A stretch of 64,000 bases of DNA from a virus, in IMG/VR virus record IMGVR_UViG_3300008448_011290. One strand, written 5' to 3'. The translations under genes were made by a program, and so were the position numbers. The notes beneath the pieces were generated by a model, which saw only the letters and a list, made by a program, of their open reading frames with translations, was not told the DNA's origin and searched no databases. Below, one piece after another: positions 9,692-18,531 of the stretch; the stretch's first letter is position 1; the number at the start of each line of letters is the position of its first letter.

Positions 9692-10129
9692 TTAGATAAC
9701 GTCGATAACACCCTGTCCAGATACTGGTGTAGAGTCTGCACCCGCAGTTTCTGAGCCTAGAGAGTATTTCACCCATCCTGATGTACCGTCGGTAAATCCG
9801 TCTGTAGAGTTTACACGATAGTGTACAGTGTTGTTGTAGAATTTTTCTACATACGCCACTGTAGAGTCATCCAGTATCACTCTCACGCAAAATTGACCTT
9901 CAGTCAAATTTGCTGGAGCAACTGCTCTCAAATCTAAAACAGCATCAGTTGAATCGCTCTGTTGATGTATTTTAAATTTTCTAGAAGATCTTTGGCTAAT
10001 GATAAAAGAATTATCACCTTGCTGTAAAGATCCACCTGTTTGATAGTAAGCAGTAACTTCAATCTTGCCTGCTGTACCTTCTGGTGTTGTTAGATCACTA
10101 AATCGTGATTTGTTTAAGGGTCTTCCCAT
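9692..10129 (-). CDS. Hypothetical virion protein (possible head decoration/accessory protein)
   Basis: 145-aa ORF with strong AAGGAG RBS, own TAAATA (10234-10239) and a structured leader; lies just downstream of the capsid gene. Confidence 0.7.
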   Translation of the reverse strand: MGRPLNKSRFSDLTTPEGTAGKIEVTAYYQTGGSLQQGDNSFIISQRSSRKFKIHQQSDSTDAVLDLRAVAPANLTEGQFCVRVILDDSTVAYVEKFYNNTVHYRVNSTDGFTDGTSGWVKYSLGSETAGADSTPVSGQGVIDVI

Positions 10130-10233
10130 TTGTTTTCTCCTTTGTTTAGGAGTCCAATGCCGGTTCTACCAGCTACGCGGTGGTTATCCGCATAAGTCCC
10201 CACACCATTGTGGAGCACAATTTGAACTGCTCT
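10130..10233 (-). promoter_or_regulatory. Structured 5' leader with RBS-sequestering hairpin
   Basis: Four consecutive minus-strand stems: CUCCACA/UGUGGGG, UAUGCGG/CCGCGUA, GCUGGU/ACCGGC, CUCCU/AGGAG (the last covers the SD). Confidence 0.6.
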
Positions 10234-10317
10234 TATTTATTGAGATTTTAAAAAAATTAAGTGATGTGATAAAAGGGCGATGCACGTCTACACCGCCCCC
10301 AGTTACTACTACATCAA

Positions 10318-10551
10318 TTACTTCTTGTTGTAGATGCCGTATAGAACATAGATTGCTACCAGTCCCACAAGACCTTCTGCTGAGAAGCCTTTGATGATCG
10401 CGGTGATCGTACCAATGATACTGCCGGTAGACAAGAACGGTATTGCTTGTCCTTTGAACAGAATCTCTAACACGATTCCAAGGGCGATTAGGCTCACACC
10501 CACTTCTGCAAGTGTTGCAGCCCACGCTTTTACTTGTTTCAAGATATCCAT
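10318..10551 (-). CDS. Small two-TM membrane protein (holin-like?)
   Basis: 77 aa with hydrophobic segments and a basic C-terminus (YNKK); AAGGAG RBS; TAAATA at 10603-10608. Holin role is a guess. Confidence 0.65.
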   Translation of the reverse strand: MDILKQVKAWAATLAEVGVSLIALGIVLEILFKGQAIPFLSTGSIIGTITAIIKGFSAEGLVGLVAIYVLYGIYNKK

Positions 10552-10706
10552 ATCGTGGATCTCCTTTCACATTGTTGCGACGAACATAATTGTCCGTAGA
10601 AATATTTAAATGGTATCTAGGAGAATTAAAACTCTAGATTTGCTTTGCGATCCGTATGACAATGAAATATTTTGATTATGTGAGTATAAAATACTCTTCG
10701 GCCAAT

Positions 10707-10735
10707 AAAAAAGGGCGACCGAAGCCGCCCTTTTT
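10707..10735 (-). terminator. Rho-independent terminator after major capsid gene
   Basis: Minus strand AAAAAGGGCGGC-TTCG-GTCGCCC-TTTTTT (cUUCGg tetraloop, U-tract). Confidence 0.9.
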
Positions 10736-10757
10736 ACAAAACTCTCTAATCTTACGA

Positions 10758-11933
10758 TTATTTGAATTTTAAAGTTGTTGAGTCTACTGTTACTGTACCT
10801 AAGTAGTCTTGAGCATTACCAAGAGATGACGCAGTGTTTGTTAACTCTACGTAACCGTATCTTGTTAAGAAGCCTACTACTGGTTCAAAAGTAGATGGGT
10901 CTAGCACAACGCCAGATGACATCAACGGTATGTATGGACAATAGAACGCAGCAGCATCAGCTTCTGACGAACCTTTGTAACCAATTAATACAGATGTGTT
11001 ATCTGAAGCGTAAGCGTTAACGTACACTCTCATAGCTGAGTTCAATGTTCCAACAAATTTAGTGTTAGTTGGAGCTTCGAACGTACCTTCAGTTGATCTT
11101 GCGAACGCTGAAGTTGTAGCTGATTGAAGTATAGTTAAAGCAGTTGGTGATACCACCGCCCAGTTACCTGCACCTCTTCTAGTTCTTTGTGCAATTGTGT
11201 TAGCAACTCTGTTGATCAAGATTGCAAGTGCCGCATGCTCATCGCCTACGAAAGTTGCAGTTCCAGATACAGCTGATTGGTCGAATGCTTGCTGGTTAGC
11301 AGATCCTGCCAATGTTAATAACGAACCGATGATTTCTTGGTCGATTTCAGCAGTAATTTCTTGTGCTAAAGCGGCCATGATTTCAGCTTCGATATCGATA
11401 CCTTGCTGTGCCTGAGCGTCTTGAGCAGCTTCAAAAGTCCATCTTGCAGATAGTTTTCTTGATTTTGCTTCAACAGCTTGTTTTAAGATCTGGATGCTTA
11501 ATTTTTTTCCAGGAGTACCTTCTAAAGAAGCAGTTGCGCCTGCTTTTGTAGAAGAGTTGTCACCTGAATAAGCTTCAGCGATCTTGAATGGAGATAACGC
11601 TTCTTCACCAGCAGTTGTTGTAGTTGTACCGCTAGATGCTTCAGCATATCTTATTCTTAAAGTGTGGATTTGTCCCACTGGACCAGTCATAGGTTGTACA
11701 CCAACTAACTCGTTAGCGATAACGGTTGGAAGTACTCGTCTGATTACTGGTAGTATTACTCTGTTTAATGTAGCAACGTTGCCGGCACTTGTAGCACCTG
11801 CAGTAGCAGACTCAGATAACGCTCTTCTAGTATTTTCTAGAACGATATCTAAAGTCTTTTTTCTGTTACCACTTAAACCTTCGGTCAATGCGGCTTTTGT
11901 TTCGCCCCATTTTGATTCAAATAGTTCTGACAT
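10758..11933 (-). CDS. gp23: Major capsid protein (T4 gp23-like)
   Basis: Hallmark motifs GVQPMTGPVGQIHTLR, VEAKSRKLSARWTFEAAQD, EITAEIDQEI, FYCPYIPL, P..GFLTRYG. Confidence 0.97.
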   Translation of the reverse strand: MSELFESKWGETKAALTEGLSGNRKKTLDIVLENTRRALSESATAGATSAGNVATLNRVILPVIRRVLPTVIANELVGVQPMTGPVGQIHTLRIRYAEASSGTTTTTAGEEALSPFKIAEAYSGDNSSTKAGATASLEGTPGKKLSIQILKQAVEAKSRKLSARWTFEAAQDAQAQQGIDIEAEIMAALAQEITAEIDQEIIGSLLTLAGSANQQAFDQSAVSGTATFVGDEHAALAILINRVANTIAQRTRRGAGNWAVVSPTALTILQSATTSAFARSTEGTFEAPTNTKFVGTLNSAMRVYVNAYASDNTSVLIGYKGSSEADAAAFYCPYIPLMSSGVVLDPSTFEPVVGFLTRYGYVELTNTASSLGNAQDYLGTVTVDSTTLKFK

Positions 11934-11959
11934 TTGATCGTTTCCCTTTTTGTTTAGTG

Positions 11960-13027
11960 TTATATACCCGCTAATTTACGGATATTTGTTAAATCAGCAT
12001 CTTCTCTTTGTGATCTGTCACCTTTGGCTTCAGATATAATCTTTTTGCCAGCAGCAGCAGTTGACTTATCGTCCATCACTGGAGCAAGATACTTCGCATA
12101 AGCAGATTTTAGGTCTTTTGTTTGAACTGATTCAAGCAATTGATTCATAACATCCGCTTTGTCTTTGCTCAACGGTTTGAGCAACTCAACCATCGTTTCC
12201 TTGCGTTCCATCAAATCTTTGGATCTAGCAATTTCTTGCTCCTTAGATTCAATCACCGCTTGTTTCTCTTCGATGGATTTCTTAGCTTCCTCTATTTTCA
12301 GCATCTGCTCATCAACTACTTTTAATAGTCTAGCAGTTTCACTCTTCTCATTTAAGTAAGAAGATTGATATTCTGAAGCGAAAGCTTCGAAAACTTTTTT
12401 ACCAAAGTTGATTTGTCTAGCAGCAGTGATATCTTCTTTTAATTGAGTTAATTCTTCACTCAATTTTTTAGTCACTGCGTCTTCAACCACTTTGGCAGAT
12501 TTAGTAATAAAAGCTTCTTTTAGTTTTTTCATTTGTTCTTTAGCTTCTTTTACTAATTTAACTTTAGTTTCCACTACACCTTTTTTGTCTTCGTGGAATT
12601 CTTTGATTTCTCTAGCAAGAGCACTTACTACAAATTCTTCTAATTTAGAGAAGTTTTCGTGTACACTCTTTCTGTCAACATTAAGCTCGTTAAGCTCTTC
12701 TGCTAATTTGTTCATTACAAATGATTCTAATTTTGCAGAGTGTTTGCCTACGTTTTCTTTGTATGTTGCTTTTTCCATTGCAAGTGCTTTTCTGTCTTCA
12801 ACGAACTTAGTGATTTCTTCACTTAACTTAGCAGTCATCATCTTGTCGATAGCTTCTACCATGTTGTTTTTGTCGTGTTCGTATCTCTTAGCGAATTCTT
12901 CTCTAAGTTCAGCAGCAGCCTGCTCTTTATTTTCTTTAACTTTGTTTTCCCAAGCTTCTTGGATAGACTTTTGAGTTTCTTCTCCGATAACGCCTGATTC
13001 AACCAGTTTTTGTATTGCGTCGAACAT
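11960..13027 (-). CDS. gp22: Prohead core scaffold protein (T4 gp22-like)
   Basis: Long E/K-rich coiled coil between protease and capsid genes; KVFEAFASEY; ends IRKLAGI. Confidence 0.85.
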   Translation of the reverse strand: MFDAIQKLVESGVIGEETQKSIQEAWENKVKENKEQAAAELREEFAKRYEHDKNNMVEAIDKMMTAKLSEEITKFVEDRKALAMEKATYKENVGKHSAKLESFVMNKLAEELNELNVDRKSVHENFSKLEEFVVSALAREIKEFHEDKKGVVETKVKLVKEAKEQMKKLKEAFITKSAKVVEDAVTKKLSEELTQLKEDITAARQINFGKKVFEAFASEYQSSYLNEKSETARLLKVVDEQMLKIEEAKKSIEEKQAVIESKEQEIARSKDLMERKETMVELLKPLSKDKADVMNQLLESVQTKDLKSAYAKYLAPVMDDKSTAAAGKKIISEAKGDRSQREDADLTNIRKLAGI

Positions 13028-13656
13028 TATTTTAGGTCCTTTATTATGTTGGTTAGCGCCTCTTTAAGGTACTTCTGTGCTTTTTTATCATCTCTAATCT
13101 CAGCAGCCAGACCCATTGCTCTATTTCCGCCCTTTGTATTCAACAAATGTTCGTAAATTGCAGTTGGGTAAGCACCTGGTGCTGAAGGTTGTGCCACTAC
13201 GTCCACTGTTATAATCTCGAAATCACTAACTTGTCCTCCACCGTATTCTGAAACGTTTCCAGAACCTCGGCTAGATACACCTAGTTTAACTCCAGACTCT
13301 AACATAGTTTTCACTAGTTGGCCCATTGGTGTTGGCAGGATTTTCATCTTGCCGTATCCATTTGGACCGTCCATCCACATATCAGTAATCATGTGACTAA
13401 CACGGTCCAAATTAATTTTTAAATCATCAGGGTGGTCCACTTCTCCTAAAACAGAATAACCTGATGTGATCTGATCATTAAGAGTTTTTACCGCTTTTTG
13501 TATTTCATTAATTGGGTAAACTCTTTGATTAGCATTCTTAATGCCGCCTTGGATGCAGATACCTTTCATGTAAAGGTCCTTGCCTTCCTTGCCTTCGTGC
13601 AAGACTTCCATCCTAGCCTGATCGTAGGTTAAATGTTCTCTTAGATACAGTGACAT
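13027..13656 (-). CDS. gp21: Prohead core protease (T4 gp21-like)
   Basis: GICIQGGIKNANQRVYP, LGEVDHP, RVSH, LPTPMG, GVSSRGSG, DVVAQPSAPGA. Confidence 0.95.
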   Translation of the reverse strand: MSLYLREHLTYDQARMEVLHEGKEGKDLYMKGICIQGGIKNANQRVYPINEIQKAVKTLNDQITSGYSVLGEVDHPDDLKINLDRVSHMITDMWMDGPNGYGKMKILPTPMGQLVKTMLESGVKLGVSSRGSGNVSEYGGGQVSDFEIITVDVVAQPSAPGAYPTAIYEHLLNTKGGNRAMGLAAEIRDDKKAQKYLKEALTNIIKDLK

Positions 13657-13684
13657 TTCCGCTCCCTTTTTTCTCTATTATTGC

Positions 13685-14605
13685 TTACTTCTTAGCAGCA
13701 GTAATTGGAGATTTTGCTGATTTGTCAGAACCATCAGTATTGTCAGCTTTTACTTCTTTTTTGAAAGAAGTTGCTTTGTCTTTACCTGGTTCGTTTTCAA
13801 ATGTAACACCCATATCTTTTGCTTTTGCAACAGATACTTTAGCATTATCTTCCTGAGCTTGTGCTACGTTTTTAGCAGTTCCGCCCATGTCGTTTTTCTT
13901 AGCGACTGGAGATTTTGCAGATTTGTCTGAATGGTCAGCTGTGTCAGCGTTTTTCTTAATTTTGTACTCTTTCACAGTTTCCTTTTTCATATCATCTTTT
14001 TTAGCTTCTTGAGCTACTGGTGCAGCTACTTCAGCTTGAGCGTCTTGAGCAACAGCTACTGATTCTTCTGATTTTTCTTCAGAACCTTCTTCGCCGTTCA
14101 TCATTTTTTCGAATTCTGCTTTTAATTCTTCTAAAGCATCTTCTAAGTCAACAATTTTGTTTTCGATTCCAGCGTCAGCTTGTACATCAGCAGCTGGTTC
14201 GTCACCGTTTGCTTCTGCACCCTGTTCTGCATCGCCGTTTTCGTCACCTTCAACGTCAGAGATTAAGTCATCAGTAGCATCGCCACCAACTTCTTCAATT
14301 GATTCTTCTTCTTTTGAAGTTTCTTCAATTTCAACTTCTTCGTCAACTGTTTCGTCTTTTGATTCAGTTTCTTTAACTTCAGCAGTTTTTTCAGTTTCTT
14401 TTACTGTTTCTGCTTTTACTTCTGTTTTTTCAGTTTCTTTAACTTCTTCTTTAGACTCTTCTTTGGTTTCAGTTTCTGCTAAACCTTCATAGATGTCTCT
14501 AGATTTTTCTACAACGATTTCATGAAATAGCGCCTGCGCTTTATCATTCTCTTCGTTAATTAATAATTCAAGCAATTGCTCAAATTTGTTTGTTGATTGT
14601 GTCAT
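13685..14605 (-). CDS. Acidic prohead core/internal scaffold protein
   Basis: Very E/D-rich 306 aa upstream of the protease; repeated C-terminal NAD..D.SDKSAKSP motif; AGGAG RBS; TAAATA at 14655-14660. Confidence 0.7.
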   Translation of the reverse strand: MTQSTNKFEQLLELLINEENDKAQALFHEIVVEKSRDIYEGLAETETKEESKEEVKETEKTEVKAETVKETEKTAEVKETESKDETVDEEVEIEETSKEEESIEEVGGDATDDLISDVEGDENGDAEQGAEANGDEPAADVQADAGIENKIVDLEDALEELKAEFEKMMNGEEGSEEKSEESVAVAQDAQAEVAAPVAQEAKKDDMKKETVKEYKIKKNADTADHSDKSAKSPVAKKNDMGGTAKNVAQAQEDNAKVSVAKAKDMGVTFENEPGKDKATSFKKEVKADNTDGSDKSAKSPITAAKK

Positions 14606-14712
14606 TGCACGTGCTCCTTATTGGCAAGTTGTTTTTATACTTTATAAAGTGTATTATTTAAGCGACCGGCGAAATAAAGCGGTACTTTTGGCTCAAAAAC
14701 GGTGGTTTTTGG

Positions 14713-15339
14713 CTAACTCTGTCTCTGTATATTATGTATCTGTAGAAATTCGTCAATATCTAGGTGTTTAAAGTTTGTATTAAACTCCAAATCGTGCGGT
14801 TTGAACGCATTTTTAGGTACCACACGGAAAAATTGTATGTGTTGATAGTCTGTTAGCACTCTTTTGGTTTGATTCATCCAATTACCATAATAAGTGGCCT
14901 CGTCTTTGCTTTTTTTATAGTTACGAGTGTCTTTGAATACATTATTAAAGTAGAAACTTTTCTTGCTGCCATCGCGTGGGTGTCCTTGATAATCAAACCC
15001 TAGTATATAAATTTTGGTAAATTTTTTATCTGATGCCATTTTTAGAGCTGTAGGTCCTGAACTCCATCCTAGGCTGGGTTGAAACCATTTCACATAATTC
15101 TTGGCATTCTCATTTTTTGAATACTGATGATTGTAATTGCTCCATACTTCGTGAGTTTTAGGATATTCGGTTTCGGCTATCTCTAGAATCATTTTGGGAT
15201 CTACTGCTATGAGATAATCGGGTTCTTCGGTTCTGTATACGCCGTTACAAGCAAACACAGTGCCATGTTTCTTTAAATCTGCAATTTGTATGCCTCTGCG
15301 TGATTCGCCATTGCCCAGTACAAAAGCTGTGTTGGACAT
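14713..15339 (-). CDS. MptE-like / GT29-GT42 (sialyltransferase-type) Rossmann-fold protein
   Basis: Likely start MSNTAFVLGNGESR (ATG 15339); motifs VLGNGES, ACNG.YR...DYLIAVD, WSSGPTA, IYILGFDY. Confidence 0.65.
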   Translation of the reverse strand: MSNTAFVLGNGESRRGIQIADLKKHGTVFACNGVYRTEEPDYLIAVDPKMILEIAETEYPKTHEVWSNYNHQYSKNENAKNYVKWFQPSLGWSSGPTALKMASDKKFTKIYILGFDYQGHPRDGSKKSFYFNNVFKDTRNYKKSKDEATYYGNWMNQTKRVLTDYQHIQFFRVVPKNAFKPHDLEFNTNFKHLDIDEFLQIHNIQRQS

Positions 15340-15343
15340 TATA

Positions 15344-15589
15344 TTAAAGTGATAGGTTGTCTTCGGCTGCTGCTGGTTGACCGTACATCTTTTGAACAAA
15401 CTCTGCTTGTTCTCTTTGATCTTTGTCGTGTGCTTCGCTAGCAAGTCGCATTTTGTTGATATCTCGCAGTTTTAAACGAGTTTTACGAGTGTCATCAGAA
15501 TCTAATATCGAAATATCGTCTTCTGCATTGTAATTCTTGTTTTGTTCAAATCCTTGCGGAGTATATGACCACATTTCTGTTAAGCGCAT
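15344..15589 (-). CDS. Conserved small head-module hypothetical protein
   Basis: 81 aa (DTRKTRLKLRDINKMR...KMYG); TAAATA 5 nt upstream of ATG. Confidence 0.75.
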   Translation of the reverse strand: MRLTEMWSYTPQGFEQNKNYNAEDDISILDSDDTRKTRLKLRDINKMRLASEAHDKDQREQAEFVQKMYGQPAAAEDNLSL

Positions 15590-15597
15590 AATGTTAT

Positions 15598-16806
15598 TTA
15601 TTGTATTAAACCGTAGAGTTCTGGAAATGTTTTTTCAAAATTTTCCCCACGATTTTTATCAACTTTTGCAATTTTATACATTAATTTCTCTTTCCAATCG
15701 GTAATATTGTAATCTTTGTTGTTCATATAATTCAAAGCAACTGTTATTTCATCGCTTTTTGTATGATTTTTAAATTTATCATTAATTTTTTCTTTAATTG
15801 CTTGTGGTATTCTTTGTACATCAAACTCAATGGGTTTGTGGAGTATATTAATATGCCAGAAGTCTGGTTTTAACTCTTTAATAAATTGCTCAATCTCGTC
15901 TAGATACAATATGTTCATGACATTTATTGTGGTACAAATCTGTGTAGAAAGATTATTCATACCTGCACTTTTTATTTTATAGATATTTTCTTTAACGTCA
16001 CTCCATACAGCAGAGTGTCTTTGATATTCAAATCTCTTTGCTACATCGTCGATACTGAATGCTAGTTCTATTCTTTTAAATTTAGGCCATATGTTTTTTA
16101 TCGCATTTTCTGGATACACTGTGCCGTTTGTATTATAATGTACTTCTATCATTGAAGCAGATCCTGTAGCGATACATTTTTGTAATATAGAAAATTGTTC
16201 TTCAATCAATAGAGGTTCTCCGCCTGTAAATTCAAAAAATCTAATATTTTCTAATACTGAATCTAAATCTTCAAAATATTTTACAGATTGTCTAGGCCAT
16301 TGTCCTAATTGATTAATTTTTTTAAGACGTTCAACTGCAACAGTATTATTTTTATTCTCTTTTATTTTCTCATTGGACCACTGAGAACTAGAAATTTCAT
16401 TACATATCCTACATTTTAGATTACAGATATTACCTAAACGCATGGTTAAATCGTATAGAGTGTTTATGTTTTTTTCAATGTTATATTTTCCTAATAGATT
16501 AAAATTTGGTTTTTCCCAGATGTGCATTCTTTGTGATTTTTTTCCGGCTGATTCTTCTTTCCAGCATGCTTCGCACTGTTTGGGTTTACTACCAGATAGA
16601 AATTCTTGTCGAAGATTGTTCATGTAATTGGAATTTATAACATCATTGATAGAACTGTTATGCACAGAAAGATTGTTGCCTTGATCGTCTTTGATGGGTT
16701 CGTTGTATATGCAACAGGGTCTAAATTCTCCCATAGGATTTACATCCAAAGAAGTCCATGGTCTATGACAAATGTATTTTTGTTGATATTTTTTTATTTC
16801 GGTCAT
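15598..16806 (-). CDS. Radical SAM protein with N-terminal twitch/SPASM-like Cys cluster
   Basis: CNLKCRIC (CxxxCxxC), FTGGEP, YNTNGT, FSID; N-terminal CHRPW...RPCC...CEAC. Confidence 0.9.
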   Translation of the reverse strand: MTEIKKYQQKYICHRPWTSLDVNPMGEFRPCCIYNEPIKDDQGNNLSVHNSSINDVINSNYMNNLRQEFLSGSKPKQCEACWKEESAGKKSQRMHIWEKPNFNLLGKYNIEKNINTLYDLTMRLGNICNLKCRICNEISSSQWSNEKIKENKNNTVAVERLKKINQLGQWPRQSVKYFEDLDSVLENIRFFEFTGGEPLLIEEQFSILQKCIATGSASMIEVHYNTNGTVYPENAIKNIWPKFKRIELAFSIDDVAKRFEYQRHSAVWSDVKENIYKIKSAGMNNLSTQICTTINVMNILYLDEIEQFIKELKPDFWHINILHKPIEFDVQRIPQAIKEKINDKFKNHTKSDEITVALNYMNNKDYNITDWKEKLMYKIAKVDKNRGENFEKTFPELYGLIQ

Positions 16807-16819
16807 TTACTGTATTGTT

Positions 16820-18517
16820 TTATACAGTAGCCCCGCCGCCTGGTGTAGTGCCTGGTGTTCCACCTGGTCCTGTAGGTGCTGAACCTGGTGCTGCTGCTCC
16901 TGCTTCTGGAGTTGGATTTTCAAATTGATCTAGATCAGTTTGCACTGCTGATTGACTGACTCCAGCAGTCCTTAATTCTGTGGTTTTGGTCTGTTTCTTC
17001 TGTGCCACTGCATTCTCCTCAGACCATAATGTGCTGTTTTGTGCCATTTCTTCTTCAGATAATCCTAAGAATCTTTTCAATGCAAAACGTTTGCTCATGT
17101 AAGGCAACTCCGCCACTTGTACAAATGTTCCCACTCGACTTTGATCCATCTCTGTTTGTCTGTATTGTGCAAAGTTTTGTGGTGGATTGAATTTAATTTC
17201 AAACGTGCTGTTATCGATACTGTAACCTTTATTTTTAATCCATAGTTTAAACTCTTCGTCAAAAACTGGAGCAATCAAACTCTGTAATCTTTCGCAATAT
17301 TTGTTAAATCTTAATTCTTGAATGTATGCTGTGCCCACTCTACCATCGTTGTATTGTTGAGCTCCGTCATCTGCACCTGTAGGCAAGTATGAGCTTGGAA
17401 TTCTTAAACCTCTGTACAATTTGTTAGTGAAATATCTTAAATCGTCAATCTCTCCTAGGTTAGTTCCACCTGGCAGTGTGTCCACTTTCGATCCACGACC
17501 TTCTGCTGTTTGTGGGAAGAAGTAATCTTCATTGATACTCATTGGGTTATATGTGGCGTCGATATAACTCATTCCGCCCGATGTGCTAGGAATTCTTCTT
17601 TGATTGATCTCGTTTTTAACTCGCTCAACAAATTGCATCGCCAAGTGTGTCGGCATGTTGCCCACATCGATATAGAATACTCTTCGCTCTGGTGCTCTTT
17701 GTACTCGATAAATGATGATTGCGTCTTCTAATAATTCTTTTTGTTTGTAAACTTTGAATACTTGTTCCAACACTGATTGACCAAACGGGAATAGATTGTC
17801 CATACCATCTGATAGACTCATATGTACCACGTGTTCGGCTTCTATGTTGTATTGATTCATGGTTCTGTAGAATCTTCCGCCTGAGCCTCCGGTTGGATAG
17901 CTAGTGTTTAATCCTGTACCAGCACCTGCATAGTTCTGTTGATATGGTCCTGTGCCTGTGCCACCATACAATTGGTTGGGTGCAATCTGTGTCACAGATA
18001 ATTTTTGTAGATTAGGATTGATGTCTCGAATAATATATTGCTCTGGTACTTTGCCTTCAGATTCGTTAACGATAATCCTGTCAATCTTCGCAGGATCCAT
18101 GTATAACCATTTGTTGGTTTCTGGATCTCTTACAAAGAAACAATCTCCGTATTTTAGACAGTTTCTAAAGATACGAAATATTCTTCTAGTGAATCTGTTG
18201 CTCTTGGTCCACTGTTGTAGAGCTTTTTTTAATAATTTTACTTCGGTCTCTGTGACATCGTCTTTGAACACAAGATCAAAAGGTGTTTCGTTTTCTTCAT
18301 TGCTCTGTGTGCAAAATTCTGCAAGAATATCCAGAGCTGCATTGATCTCTGAATCATTGTCCATTTGATCATATTGAAAATATCTCTGTATTCTGTTCGG
18401 ATGTCCTGTGTACACATCAGGCAGATACGATGAATAATTTCTTTTTGCGAAATTAGGTACCTTATCTCCGCTTATGGGCGATCCTTGTGGTTCTTTGAAA
18501 TATTTTTTCCAACTCAT
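16820..18517 (-). CDS. gp20: Portal protein (T4 gp20-like)
   Basis: LEDAIIIYRVQRAPERRVFYIDVGNMP, EDYFFP..AEGRGSKVDTLPGG.NLGEIDDLRYF..KLYRGLRIP. Confidence 0.96.
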   Translation of the reverse strand: MSWKKYFKEPQGSPISGDKVPNFAKRNYSSYLPDVYTGHPNRIQRYFQYDQMDNDSEINAALDILAEFCTQSNEENETPFDLVFKDDVTETEVKLLKKALQQWTKSNRFTRRIFRIFRNCLKYGDCFFVRDPETNKWLYMDPAKIDRIIVNESEGKVPEQYIIRDINPNLQKLSVTQIAPNQLYGGTGTGPYQQNYAGAGTGLNTSYPTGGSGGRFYRTMNQYNIEAEHVVHMSLSDGMDNLFPFGQSVLEQVFKVYKQKELLEDAIIIYRVQRAPERRVFYIDVGNMPTHLAMQFVERVKNEINQRRIPSTSGGMSYIDATYNPMSINEDYFFPQTAEGRGSKVDTLPGGTNLGEIDDLRYFTNKLYRGLRIPSSYLPTGADDGAQQYNDGRVGTAYIQELRFNKYCERLQSLIAPVFDEEFKLWIKNKGYSIDNSTFEIKFNPPQNFAQYRQTEMDQSRVGTFVQVAELPYMSKRFALKRFLGLSEEEMAQNSTLWSEENAVAQKKQTKTTELRTAGVSQSAVQTDLDQFENPTPEAGAAAPGSAPTGPGGTPGTTPGGGATV

Positions 18518-18531
18518 ATTTTATTCACTTA

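Noticed and set aside
10184-10570. 128-aa minus-strand ORF overlapping the small membrane protein
   Set aside because: Alternative frame of 10318..10551, which has the RBS and a coherent hydrophobic profile.
13685-14605. Low-complexity E/K/T repeats as a mobile or tandem DNA repeat
   Set aside because: Explained by the acidic, low-complexity composition expected of a prohead core protein.
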